DNA from: an uncultured Myxococcales bacterium
GTDB taxonomy: Bacteria > Myxococcota_A > UBA9042 > GCA-2863065
Direction of reading: 5' to 3'
Length of the DNA stretch: 64,000 nucleotides
Assembly: GCA_964545715.1 (NCBI GenBank)
Contig: CAZJHX010000039.1
Location: 4,204 to 68,203, forward strand
The translations under genes were made by a program, and so were the position numbers. Shown here one piece after another: positions 1-9,581 of the stretch (positions are counted from its first letter, which is position 1; every line of letters begins with the position of its first letter). Below the pieces are notes generated by a model that did not search any database, was not told the origin of the DNA, and saw nothing but the letters and a program-made list of their open reading frames with translations.

Positions 1-854
1 ACTGGCGTGTCGGCGACGGGGCCCAGGTCCTTTTGCGCCAGCGCCAGGGCGCGGATGTGGATGGTCTGGCCGGGGCGATACAGCGGCTTGTCCGTGGAGA
101 CGAACAGCACGGGCGCCCCGGGCGCGACCACGGTCACCGGCCGTTTTACGACCACCGGCTGGCCGTCGATGGAGGTCCGCGCCTCGATCGCAAACTCGGA
201 GCCGTCGACCGGCGCGCTGAGATCAAACGCCGCGCGGCCACCGGGATCGGTGCCCATCGCTGCGCCGTTGACCGTGACCTCCCGGTCCGGGATCAGCTGG
301 TCCGTCTCTAGATCCCGCACCCACACCCGGGTGCGCGTCGCGGCGCCGGCGTCCACACGCTTCGGCGCCCAGACCCGCAGTCCAAGCTTGGGTTGGGTCA
401 CATACAAGCTGCGCATGCCGTAGACCTCGGCGTCCGCGCCCGCGACGGCGATGCCGTAGCGGATCAGCTGGCCCGCCTGCAGCCCCTGGCCTTCCGGCGG
501 TCCCGCGCCCTTCACCAGAACGGAGACGTCGTTGGTCCCCGGCTCCAGCTTGAACGTGGTCGTCCCCGACGGTCCCTCCAGGGAGTCCAGCGGCGTGATC
601 GACACCGCCAGCAGCGCGTTTTTACCCACGCCGTCCACGGTGTAGATCGGGATGGTCACGGTGGCGCCGTCGCCGGTGTAGGACGTACGAATTCCCGCCT
701 CTTTGACCTTCAGCGATGCGCTGGACGTCTGCTCGGGATCCGTCTGGGGGTTGGGGTCGGTCGGAATCGGGGCTACGGGCTCGACCGACTCTTCAGTCGT
801 GTCGGTGCACGCCACCGCGGCGATCGCGAATACCGCGATCCATCGCGCTCTCAT
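1..854 (-). CDS. Alpha-2-macroglobulin family lipoprotein, N-terminal part (MG1/MG2 domains). The gene continues beyond the window start.
   Basis: Minus-strand ATG at 854. Translation MRARWIAVFAIAAVACTD has a lipobox-like signal. Downstream the motif VSTDKPLYRPGQTIHIRALA matches the DKPLYRPGQT signature of bacterial A2M MG2 domains. The reading frame stays open to position 1. Confidence 0.65.
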   Translation of the reverse strand, partial: MRARWIAVFAIAAVACTDTTEESVEPVAPIPTDPNPQTDPEQTSSASLKVKEAGIRTSYTGDGATVTIPIYTVDGVGKNALLAVSITPLDSLEGPSGTTTFKLEPGTNDVSVLVKGAGPPEGQGLQAGQLIRYGIAVAGADAEVYGMRSLYVTQPKLGLRVWAPKRVDAGAATRTRVWVRDLETDQLIPDREVTVNGAAMGTDPGGRAAFDLSAPVDGSEFAIEARTSIDGQPVVVKRPVTVVAPGAPVLFVSTDKPLYRPGQTIHIRALALAQKDLGPVADTP

Positions 855-3800
855 GTCTGCCTCTCACCGCCGCCGCACGCATCATAGCCACAGACCCGCT
901 AAGCTGTCCAACGTGCGTTCACTTTGCTTGCGCTGCCAAACCGAGTTTCCTCATCCCGCACCCGCTGTGTGCCCCGATGACGGAAATGAGCTGCGCGAGG
1001 TTTTGACGAGCTACAGCACGGACGAATCCCAGCTTTCGGGTCGCGTGGTCGCCGGGCGATACGTCGTAGAGGCCCTGCTCGGCGTCGGCGGTGCTGGACT
1101 GGTCGTACGCGCGCAGCACGCGTTTTTGAACCGCACGGTGGCACTGAAGCTGCTGCTGCCCGAGCTGCACTCGCACGGCGAGCACCGGGACCGCTTCCTG
1201 CGCGAGGCTCAGGTCGCAAGCCAGGTGCAGCACGAAAACGTCGTACAGATCACCGACTTCGGCATCACCACCGACAAGCTGCACTATCTGGTCATGGAGT
1301 ACCTGGAGGGCTCCGACCTGCGCCAGCTGCTGAAGCGTCGTGGGCCGCTGGACGCCACGGTCGCCGCGCGGTTTGCGCAGCAGCTTTGCAGCGCGCTGGA
1401 GGCGATTCACACGGCCGGCTTCGTGCACCGCGATCTCAAGCCGGCCAACTGCTGGATCGCCGATCCCGACGGCGTGCAGCACCTCAAGCTGCTGGACTTC
1501 GGCATCGCCAGTCTAACCGAGCGCTCGGCCGACGCGGCCTCCATTACCGGCGCCGGAACCACGCTGGGCACGCCACACTACATGGCGCCCGAGCAGATCC
1601 TGGGCGAGGACGTCACGCCGGCAACGGACATCTATGCGCTGGGCTGCACATTGTTCGAGTGTGTGACGGGCCGCCCGGTGTTTGGCGATCTGCCCGTGGA
1701 CGCCGCTTTCGAGGCGCACCTGGAGACCGAGCCACCCAAGCCGTCCAGCGTGGCTGCCGACGTGCCGACCTGGTTCGACAGCGCGATCATGTTGTGCCTG
1801 CGCAAGGAGCCGCGCCGCCGACCGCGCACGGCCGCCGCCGCCAGCCGGATGTTCGGGGCCCGACCGGAGCCGAGGCCCGACCCGCTGCCCCCGGCCCGTC
1901 CGAGTGACGATCCCGATATCAGTGGGCCCGCGTTGGAGACCGGCCGCTGGAGCGAAGAGACCGCGGCGTTTTGGACGCAGCCCAAGCGCGGAGAGGCGCT
2001 GACGCGGCTGGATCAGCCGACCCCAAAGCCGGCTCGCCGGGCGGGGTGGATCATCGCCCTGGCGGTCGTGCTGACAGCCGCCGCAGGCGTCGCGTGGTGG
2101 TCCCAGACGCGGCCCGACCCCGCAAAACCCAGCACTACGCCTGCGCCGGCGCCGACCACGACGACGATGCCCGCCGTCACCTGGCACACGGGCACGGTGT
2201 GGCAGCGCGGGCGTCTGATCGGCGTCGGCACGGTCACGGCAGCGGACGCCAGGCGACGGGCCGCCAGCTATCGCGTAGAAGGGACCACGATCACACGAGT
2301 CAACGGAGCGGGCCGACTGGTCGAGAACGAGGGCGGCATAGCCGTATGGGAGCAGGCCGAGCCCGGTCGGGTCATCGAGCGGGATGCCATGCGACGCACG
2401 AAGCGAGTACATGTGCTGACGGAGGACGGAACGCGCCTCGCCCTGGTCGACCGCAATGGACGGCCGATCGGGGCGCCTGTTCAAGAGCTGTTGACCTACG
2501 ATGCCAACGGCTTCATCGCCAGCCGGCGCACCGTCAGCGCCGGCACGGACAGCCCGCGGATGGGCGTTTTGGGTAGCTGGGGGCAGCGGTTCGTGCGTAA
2601 CTCGGCAGGCCTGACGACCGAAGTAGCGGAGCTTGGACCTGACGGCGAGGACGGCACCGATGAGACCGGCCTGGCGCGGGCGACCTTCACGCACAACGAC
2701 CGGCTGGAGCTGGTCCGCCTGCAGCGCTTCGATCGAGACGGGGCGCCGATTCCGGACAGCGATGGTTGTGAGGCCCGGACCTGGGCGTACGACGCCGCCG
2801 GCAACACCATCAGCGCGGCGTGCCTGCACACCGAGACCACCGAAACGCGAACCACCTACGATTCGGCAGGCCGCGTGACCTCTGCCGCCACATTGGATGG
2901 CGCCGGAAAGCCGGTCGCGGGCGCACTGTGGTATGCCCGCAGCGAGGTCGCGCACTCAGGCGGGGCTACCGACAAACGGTTCTTCGACGCCGAGGGAGCG
3001 CCCACCCTCGCGCAAAGCGGCGCGCATCGCGTGGTCACGCGCTTCAACGAGATCGGATATCCGGTGGAGGTGACCTGGTTCGGTGTGGACGACCGCCCGA
3101 CGCTGAATCGGCAGTGGGTCGCTCGCCGCACAATTCGCTACGACGACCGGGGCAATGAGACGGAGTGGGCGTTGTTTGGGGTCGATGACCAGCCGTGCCT
3201 GGGACGCGACGGATATGCCCGGGTCAGTCGCCGGTTCGACGACCGGGATCAGCTGCTGGAGGAGCGCTATCACGGCAAGCGGGGCGAGCCGGTCTCGGCC
3301 GCGGAGGGGTTTGCCCGGGCGACCTACGCGTACGACGCGGCCGGCAACCGCACCGACGTGCGCTGGTTCGGCGTCGACGGGCGACCCGTGCGCGGTTTTC
3401 GGCGGCAGGTTGCGCACGTCCAGCGCCGCTTCGATGACGCCGGCAATGTCATGCAGGAGCGCACGTTTGGCCCAGACGGCAAGCCGGCCACGGACCGCGA
3501 CGGCGTCGCGGGCTACAACGCGGTGTGGAATCGGGACGGTACGATGGCCAGCCAATCCTGGATCGGTGCCGACGGCGCTCCGACCGTAAGCCGCGCGCGA
3601 TACGCGACGCGCAAGCAGGCCTACAACGCGCGCGGGGCGCTGATCGAGATCCGGCTCTTCGACGTGGCGGGCCGCCCCACCGAGGGCGCCCAGCGCGCTG
3701 CCCGGGAGACGCGCAAGGTGGATGCCCGGGGCCGAATCGTGGAGCGCCGCTATTTCGACACACGCGACCGCCCCGCCCCCAACGCCGTGCGCGTCGCGCG

Positions 3801-4782
3801 CGTTACGGAGACTTATAACCGTCGCGGGGACGTGGTCGAACGCGCCACGTTCGACAAAGACGGCGCCCCGGTGATCGAAGCCGGGCGGCGCGCGGCGCGC
3901 ACGATTACGACGTCCGATCGACGCGGCCAAACGCTGAGCGTGGAGCTGTTCGGCGTGGACGGCAAGCCGACCGCCTCGGGCTTTTTGTGGGCGCGATCGA
4001 CCAGCACCTACGACGCGCGCGGCAACGAGCTGACACGCAGCCACTTTGGACTGGACGGCAAGCCGGTCCTGCTGCGGTCCGGCCACTCCGGCTGGCACGC
4101 CACCTACGACGACCGGGGCCTTCAGCTGTCCCGCACGCTGTTGGGCACCGACGGCAGCCCGGTTGAAGACCGCGACGGCGCCTCCCGATGGGTCACCGAG
4201 TACGACGCGCGCGGCTTCATGACCTCCAAGACGTGGTACCGCCTCAGCGGTGAGATCGGCGGCGGCCCGGTGGGCATGGGACGCCAGACCCAGGCCTATG
4301 ACGCGCGCGGGCGCATCACCGAGCTCGCGACCTTCGGCGCGGACGGACAGCCGCTGGAGGTCGGCCGTGGCCTGGCGTTCGGCCAATTCGCGGGCAAGCC
4401 GGCGCCGGGCGTCGCTCGCCGCGAGTACGAGTACGAGACCGGCTCCACGCGCCGCACGGTGCGGAAATACGCGAACGACGGGTCGCTGATCGAGGAAATG
4501 CTCACCGATCCGACATACGTCAACGTCATCAAGGGCATCCACCGCTTTCGCGGCCTGCTGATCAGCGAGGTGCGCGTCGATTCCATCGCGCACAAAGCCG
4601 GTCTGCAGCCCGGCGACGTGTTGCTCAAATACGCGGGCACGGCGGTGAACCAGCAGTTTGCGCTGAACCGCGCCGTCGAGACCCACGAGGCCACCACGGC
4701 GCGCATCCTCTTCGCCCGCAGAGACGCGGAAACGGAGGTCGAGGCGCCGTCCGGCGACCTCGGGGTCCGCCTGGCCCGCTGA
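853..4782 (+). CDS. Transmembrane Ser/Thr protein kinase with an N-terminal zinc-ribbon-like CxxC..C motif, a kinase domain, one TM helix, about 13 extracellular YD/RHS-like 38-aa repeats and a C-terminal PDZ domain.
   Basis: Kinase subdomains are present: VALKLL, HRDLKPAN, DFGIA, GTPHYMAPE. The TM segment is WIIALAVVLTAAAGVAWW. Repeats have a core of YDxxGN...FGxDGKP. The PDZ-like C-terminus reads GLLISEVRVDSIAHKAGLQPGDVLL. The start is uncertain: ATG 853 overlaps the divergent gene's ATG, and an alternative GTG sits near 913. Confidence 0.8.
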   Translation: MSASHRRRTHHSHRPAKLSNVRSLCLRCQTEFPHPAPAVCPDDGNELREVLTSYSTDESQLSGRVVAGRYVVEALLGVGGAGLVVRAQHAFLNRTVALKLLLPELHSHGEHRDRFLREAQVASQVQHENVVQITDFGITTDKLHYLVMEYLEGSDLRQLLKRRGPLDATVAARFAQQLCSALEAIHTAGFVHRDLKPANCWIADPDGVQHLKLLDFGIASLTERSADAASITGAGTTLGTPHYMAPEQILGEDVTPATDIYALGCTLFECVTGRPVFGDLPVDAAFEAHLETEPPKPSSVAADVPTWFDSAIMLCLRKEPRRRPRTAAAASRMFGARPEPRPDPLPPARPSDDPDISGPALETGRWSEETAAFWTQPKRGEALTRLDQPTPKPARRAGWIIALAVVLTAAAGVAWWSQTRPDPAKPSTTPAPAPTTTTMPAVTWHTGTVWQRGRLIGVGTVTAADARRRAASYRVEGTTITRVNGAGRLVENEGGIAVWEQAEPGRVIERDAMRRTKRVHVLTEDGTRLALVDRNGRPIGAPVQELLTYDANGFIASRRTVSAGTDSPRMGVLGSWGQRFVRNSAGLTTEVAELGPDGEDGTDETGLARATFTHNDRLELVRLQRFDRDGAPIPDSDGCEARTWAYDAAGNTISAACLHTETTETRTTYDSAGRVTSAATLDGAGKPVAGALWYARSEVAHSGGATDKRFFDAEGAPTLAQSGAHRVVTRFNEIGYPVEVTWFGVDDRPTLNRQWVARRTIRYDDRGNETEWALFGVDDQPCLGRDGYARVSRRFDDRDQLLEERYHGKRGEPVSAAEGFARATYAYDAAGNRTDVRWFGVDGRPVRGFRRQVAHVQRRFDDAGNVMQERTFGPDGKPATDRDGVAGYNAVWNRDGTMASQSWIGADGAPTVSRARYATRKQAYNARGALIEIRLFDVAGRPTEGAQRAARETRKVDARGRIVERRYFDTRDRPAPNAVRVARVTETYNRRGDVVERATFDKDGAPVIEAGRRAARTITTSDRRGQTLSVELFGVDGKPTASGFLWARSTSTYDARGNELTRSHFGLDGKPVLLRSGHSGWHATYDDRGLQLSRTLLGTDGSPVEDRDGASRWVTEYDARGFMTSKTWYRLSGEIGGGPVGMGRQTQAYDARGRITELATFGADGQPLEVGRGLAFGQFAGKPAPGVARREYEYETGSTRRTVRKYANDGSLIEEMLTDPTYVNVIKGIHRFRGLLISEVRVDSIAHKAGLQPGDVLLKYAGTAVNQQFALNRAVETHEATTARILFARRDAETEVEAPSGDLGVRLAR

Positions 4783-4805
4783 CAAAAGCTGGTACGCTCA
4801 GCGGT

Positions 4806-6323
4806 ATGAGAGACATCCGCTGTGTGGTCATCGCGACCTGTTTGTGCGTGGCATCCCCGTCCGCCCTGGCCGAGTCACGCGCGCCCGCCGCCGACGTCGG
4901 CGAGCCCACGCCCGTCATCTCGCCGGGTGAGGACTGGTGCGCCGCAGCCAACGCCGGCGCGCCCATCAAGCTGACCGCCGGCACATTTGCGGGCCCGTGC
5001 GTCATCGACACGGCGACGGCCCACGTCAGCGCCCTGAACAACGCCGATCCGCCCCTCATCGCCTACGACGGCAACAGCTCCAACGTCATCGACGTAATGG
5101 CCGACAACGTGACCCTGCGCGGCCTCGCCTTCGGCCCGACTCAAGACGGCGTGGACGCCATCAAGATCAAATCCGGCAACAACACCCGAGTCGAGTCTTG
5201 TACCTTCACCGGCGTCGCCGGCATCTCGATTTCGGCCAACAGCGCCAACAGCAGCGGCGTCACCATCATCGGCAACCACTTCAAGGACCTGAAGGCCACC
5301 GCAATCTACCTGGGCTGCCACGAAGGCCAGGCCGAGTGTCGCGCCACCGCCGTCCAGGTGCGCGACAACCTCATCGACGGCGTCGTCTCCAGCGGCGTCG
5401 GCTACGGCGTGCAGCTCAAGCTCGACTCCAACGGTTTCATCACGGACAACGTCGTCCACAACACCCAGGGCCCCGGCATCATGGTCTACGGCGACACCGG
5501 CCCCGCGGCCACCATCGAGGTCGTCGGCAACTACGTCGTCGGCTCCACCCAGGCCGCCGGCATCGAGGTGGGCGGCGGTCCGGCCTTTGTCGCCAACAAC
5601 ATCGTCATCGGCGGCCCCGAGGGCGGCATCTACTCCTACGACTATCAAGACCGCGGCCTCATCCGTCAGATACGGGTCCTGGGCAACACGGTCATCGGCG
5701 ACGGCGGCATGGCCATGCGCCTGGACGACTGGAAATCCGGCAACGAACTCGAGGTCGCCGGCAACGCCGTGTGGCAGATGGTCGGCGACACGGACCCGTT
5801 CCCGCACATGGGCAGCGACGGCGTCTCCACCAAAAACAACCAGGGCTGCGGCAACCCGGACCTGTGCTGGGCCAACGCCATCAAGCGCGACTTCTGGCCG
5901 GTCGAAGACTCCAAGCTGACCGAAGACTCGGGCGTCACCCTCACCACGGATTGGTGTGGCGCCCCACGCGAGACCCCCATCACGTTCGGCGCGCTTCAGC
6001 TCACCGAAGCCGAGAGCCCGGGCCCGCTGCCCATCGACTTCAAGGCCGCGTGCCCACAACCCGCCCCGCCGGATCCGCCGGACAACTCCGGTCGCCTCGA
6101 CCCCGAGACCGGCGCCGTAATCACCTCAGACGTCGGTGTCTCGCCCCTGGCCGACGACGAACAGCCGCCGCCTTCCAGAGCCGAGCGCCCCGACAGCGGC
6201 GGCTGCACGCACACCGGCGCCCCATCGCCCGGGTCAGCGGCGATGCTTCTGTTGCTGCTTCTCAGTCTTGCGTTACGTTGGACTTCAGCCAGGCCGCAGC
6301 CCAGATCAGCAGCAACAGAATAA
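4806..6323 (+). CDS. Secreted right-handed parallel beta-helix repeat protein with a MYXO-CTERM-like tail
   Basis: The signal peptide is MRDIRCVVIATCLCVASPSALA. Beta-helix-type repeats are repeated through the body (NNTRVESCTFTGVAGISISAN, GNHF, GNYVVG, GNTVIG, GNAVW). The C-terminus reads SGGCTHTGAPSPGSAAMLLLLLLSLALRW. Confidence 0.6.
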   Translation: MRDIRCVVIATCLCVASPSALAESRAPAADVGEPTPVISPGEDWCAAANAGAPIKLTAGTFAGPCVIDTATAHVSALNNADPPLIAYDGNSSNVIDVMADNVTLRGLAFGPTQDGVDAIKIKSGNNTRVESCTFTGVAGISISANSANSSGVTIIGNHFKDLKATAIYLGCHEGQAECRATAVQVRDNLIDGVVSSGVGYGVQLKLDSNGFITDNVVHNTQGPGIMVYGDTGPAATIEVVGNYVVGSTQAAGIEVGGGPAFVANNIVIGGPEGGIYSYDYQDRGLIRQIRVLGNTVIGDGGMAMRLDDWKSGNELEVAGNAVWQMVGDTDPFPHMGSDGVSTKNNQGCGNPDLCWANAIKRDFWPVEDSKLTEDSGVTLTTDWCGAPRETPITFGALQLTEAESPGPLPIDFKAACPQPAPPDPPDNSGRLDPETGAVITSDVGVSPLADDEQPPPSRAERPDSGGCTHTGAPSPGSAAMLLLLLLSLALRWTSARPQPRSAATE

Positions 6324-8310
6324 CGATGTGCCCACCGGCCTCCAGCGGCGTCCGAGTGGCTTGACACCCAGACCCGCCCGAGCTTGACGGCGGCGCCTGC
6401 ACCACCGGTTCTGCGCCCAGGCCAATCCCCGCTGAATCGCAGTCGTTCAGCCGCACGTGCGTGCACTGGCCCGTCGCCGCCGTGCACCCATCCAGCGTGC
6501 ACTTGTCCCCGTCGTCGCACGCGTCATACACCTCGTCGGTGCCGCCGCACGCATCCACCCAGGCGATGTGATCCCCCAGACACACGCGCGACTGGCGCGG
6601 CGCACACACGTTCTCGCACCCGTTCATCACCACGGCGACGTGCCCGCACACGCCGCTGTTGCAGGAATCTGTCGTGCAGGAGTCCCCGTCGTTGCAGTCC
6701 TTGGCCTGCCCGCCGGCGCGCCCGCAGCTGTCCACCCACACGGCGATGTCCCCGGTGCAGGCGGTGGACGCCATCGGAGCGCACCCGGCGCAGTCCTCGC
6801 TGTCGATCGCCGAGTGCGTGCACATGAGCGCGCCGGCATCACATGCATCGGCGGTACACGCGTTGGCATCGTCACAGTCGATCGCCACCGCACCCGCGTT
6901 GCCACAGCTGTCCAGCCACACCAGGCGCCCCCCGGCACACGCTTTAGAGGTCTGCGAGGTGCACGCCTGGCACTGCGCGTCGCTCAGCTGATCGTGCGTG
7001 CATGCGCCACTCAACGCAGAGCATCCGTCAACGGTGCACGCGTTGCCGTCGTCGCAGGCGTCCACGAGCGCGCCCACGTTGCCGCACGTGTCGGTCGCGT
7101 ACAGCGCGGCGCCATGACACAGCCGCGCCGAAACGGGCTCACAGCTGGGCGGCTTCACCTCGGGCTCGGGCTCGGGCTCCGGCTCCGGCTCGGGGTCCGG
7201 CGACTCCGGCTCGGGCTCCGGCTCCGGCACCACGGAATGATAGGTCACCGACAACCGAAACGCGTCCACCCAGATGTCGCTGTCCTTGTATCCGCCTGGA
7301 TGCTCGTGCAGCGAAACACGCCCGGTCAGCTCCGCCAGCTGGGCCCAGGTCCACGCGTCCTGAGAGCCGGTCAAGTCGACCTCCACCCACTCCAGCGTCG
7401 TATGCGAGAAGTTCGTCGTCACACCACCGGCCCCCAGCTTGGCGATCAGCTGATACTTGCCCGAGTCGTATTGCATGCGGGCACGCACGCCCACCACCAC
7501 GCTGGTGATCACCTCGTCACCCTCGGGATCGCAGACCGCAAATCCGCCGCCGGTGAGGGCCTCGCCTTTGTCCAGGTTCTCGTTGTGCGCCACCTGGTCG
7601 TCGGCCGCGCCCAGCGCGTGCTCATTCTGCGACCAGCCCGCCGCCGACGGTACCGACGTCGCATAAACCACCTGCGACGCACCATCGGCGCCGCCGACCA
7701 GGCACGGGTCCGCAGGCGGCGGCTCCGGCGGAGGCGGCGCGTCGCCGCAGGTGACCAGCTTGAAGATCACGGCGTCCGCTTCGTCCGACTTGTCATCATC
7801 GGTGCCATCCAGCACAACCTTGCCGTTGCCGGGCTCCAGGTAATGCGCCCCCAGGCTGGCGGCAACGGGTCCGTGTGCGTCGTCCTCGGTCGTAGCGCCG
7901 TCGGTCTGATCGACCACGGTCTCGACCACGCTGCCGTCAGCGGCGTACACAAAGTAGTTGGCGTCATTAGACCGGTTCTTAGTCGCGCGGAAGATGGCGC
8001 GGACCGCCCAGATGCCGGCGATCGGTAGCTCGGGCTGCCACGTGGCCTCGCCCTTGCGATCGGGCCCCCCCACCGTGCTGCTCAGATAACGATAATCGCT
8101 GCCCTGAGACTGGCCCAGGTTGCCCCAGGAGGCCCAGTCGTCGCCGGTCTCGGAGTACCCCGGATCACCGTTGTCCACGACGATCTCCATCCCCAGCTGG
8201 TCGCAGGGCGACGTTGCCCGGGCCGGCCCGGCCGCCAATACCAATAATGAGGACATCAGACCCAGGCACATTTGTGCCCGCTTTGATGACCATAGACCAC
8301 GTCCGCTCAT
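6262..8310 (-). CDS. Exported protein with two N-terminal golvesin/Xly-like carbohydrate-binding-like domains, a PE-rich linker, four Myxococcus-type cysteine-rich repeats and a MYXO-CTERM-like tail
   Basis: The signal peptide is MSGRGLWSSKRAQMCLGLMSSLLVLAAGPARA (I start at 8310, not the ORF-track 8502). The N-terminal domain reads DNGDPGYSETGDDWASW...ATW...GIWAVRAIFRATKNRSNDANYFVY. The linker is PEPEPEPE. The four repeats share the core W[LV]D[SA]CGxxG...CDDGNACTxDxC. The C-terminus reads GGSGCQATRTPLEAGGHIVILLLLIWAAAW. Confidence 0.6.
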   Translation of the reverse strand: MSGRGLWSSKRAQMCLGLMSSLLVLAAGPARATSPCDQLGMEIVVDNGDPGYSETGDDWASWGNLGQSQGSDYRYLSSTVGGPDRKGEATWQPELPIAGIWAVRAIFRATKNRSNDANYFVYAADGSVVETVVDQTDGATTEDDAHGPVAASLGAHYLEPGNGKVVLDGTDDDKSDEADAVIFKLVTCGDAPPPPEPPPADPCLVGGADGASQVVYATSVPSAAGWSQNEHALGAADDQVAHNENLDKGEALTGGGFAVCDPEGDEVITSVVVGVRARMQYDSGKYQLIAKLGAGGVTTNFSHTTLEWVEVDLTGSQDAWTWAQLAELTGRVSLHEHPGGYKDSDIWVDAFRLSVTYHSVVPEPEPEPESPDPEPEPEPEPEPEVKPPSCEPVSARLCHGAALYATDTCGNVGALVDACDDGNACTVDGCSALSGACTHDQLSDAQCQACTSQTSKACAGGRLVWLDSCGNAGAVAIDCDDANACTADACDAGALMCTHSAIDSEDCAGCAPMASTACTGDIAVWVDSCGRAGGQAKDCNDGDSCTTDSCNSGVCGHVAVVMNGCENVCAPRQSRVCLGDHIAWVDACGGTDEVYDACDDGDKCTLDGCTAATGQCTHVRLNDCDSAGIGLGAEPVVQAPPSSSGGSGCQATRTPLEAGGHIVILLLLIWAAAWLKSNVTQD

Positions 8311-8513
8311 CGCTTCGACTCCCTGCACGCGTTCTCGGCCCAAGCCGCCGAGCGCACCGGGTCCTATCGCAAGCGCCGTGCCAGCCCCAAAAGTGAGCAA
8401 ATCCTCCACAGACCGGGGTGTCTCGCCGCATGGCCGTATCGGCCATTCGACGTACTGCGCCCACCACCCTCCTGGCACACCGCTTGCGGACGAAAGTCTC
8501 ATCGTGTCTCAAA

Positions 8514-9581
8514 ATGGGAGGATTCATGGGACTGAGACTGGGAATGGGACTGGCGTCGCTCTGCGCGCTTTCTTGGCTCGGCTGCGGCGAGGGTGACCCA
8601 TCGTCCAACGGGGGGCTTGACCCCGTCTACGCGCTGGAAGAGGCGCCGCCGTTCGCACCGACGACGCCGCTGCCCGAAGGCGTCGTTCTACAAGTGACCG
8701 CCGAGGACGAGTCCGAGCTCCCGCTCTTTCTGGCCGCGGACGACCGGCACCTCTACTGGGTGTCGGAGTCCGGCGCCGCGTCCCGGGCCGCCATCGGTAG
8801 CCTGGCCGATGAGAAGCCCGAGCGGTTAGGCACCGATCAGCGCCTGCCCCGATCGCTGGTGCTGAGCAACGCGCACGTCTTCTGGTCGGTGCTGGAGAGC
8901 GACGATGAGGGCGCCCTGCTGCGCGTCGCAAAGGTGGGCGGGCCCGTCACGGAGATCGCCACGGGTCTCATCACCGGGCTCACGATCGACGACGGCCGAA
9001 TCTACTGGACCCAACGTCTGAGCTTGAACCAGGACGTCGCGCGTAGCGCCCGGTTCAACGGGACGGACGTTCGCACGCTCGGGACGGCCCCGGTCATCAG
9101 CGCTGTGGCGGCGGGCGCCGGCAACGTGTACTGGGCGGCCGAGGGCATCTACAGCTCGCCGGCCACCGGGGGTGACGCCGCGCTTGTCACCCACCCGCAC
9201 GGCTTCTTACGCGGCCTCAGCACCACGAACGACGCCGTTGTATGGCTCGATGAGGACAACAGAGTCCGCTCTTTTCACGCCATCAGCGGCGACAAACGCA
9301 ACCTCGCGGACGACGTCGTGGACTTCAGGCTGGGACCTGCCCACATCTACGCCCTGAGCGCGGGGGATGTGCGCGGCATCGTCCGCGTGCCGCTCATCGG
9401 CGGCTCGGTTGAACCGCTCGTGGACGTGTCGGCGTGGAACGTCTTCGGCCTCACTGCGGACAACGGCGCTGTCTACTGGATGGAGACGAGCTCGGAGTGC
9501 CTCGAGATGGTGTGGGACCACAAGTTCGAAAACTGCGTCGAATATGCGCACACCAGAACGATCAACCGGGTCGCCAAGTGA
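8514..9581 (+). CDS. Lipoprotein with YWTD-like beta-propeller blades
   Basis: The internal ATG at 8514 gives MGGFMGLRLGMGLASLCALSWLGC, a lipoprotein signal. The body has recurring blade motifs HLYWV, HVFWS, RIYWT, NVYWA, AVVWL and AVYWM spaced about 40-45 aa apart. Confidence 0.5.
   Translation: MGGFMGLRLGMGLASLCALSWLGCGEGDPSSNGGLDPVYALEEAPPFAPTTPLPEGVVLQVTAEDESELPLFLAADDRHLYWVSESGAASRAAIGSLADEKPERLGTDQRLPRSLVLSNAHVFWSVLESDDEGALLRVAKVGGPVTEIATGLITGLTIDDGRIYWTQRLSLNQDVARSARFNGTDVRTLGTAPVISAVAAGAGNVYWAAEGIYSSPATGGDAALVTHPHGFLRGLSTTNDAVVWLDEDNRVRSFHAISGDKRNLADDVVDFRLGPAHIYALSAGDVRGIVRVPLIGGSVEPLVDVSAWNVFGLTADNGAVYWMETSSECLEMVWDHKFENCVEYAHTRTINRVAK

Noticed and set aside
1513-4785. Minus-strand ORFs (1513..2955, 2956..4785) antisense to the Ser/Thr kinase
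   Set aside because: No domain content. The kinase frame carries the full set of Hanks motifs.
4937-6364. 475-aa plus-strand ORF and the 4875..6059 minus-strand ORF overlapping the beta-helix gene
   Set aside because: Arg/Gly/His-rich nonsense translations. These are alternative frames of a real gene.
6457-8028. 523-aa plus-strand ORF antisense to the Cys-repeat gene at 6262..8310
   Set aside because: Arg/Ala/Val/Gly low-complexity translation. The minus frame has a signal peptide, the Cys repeats and a sorting tail.
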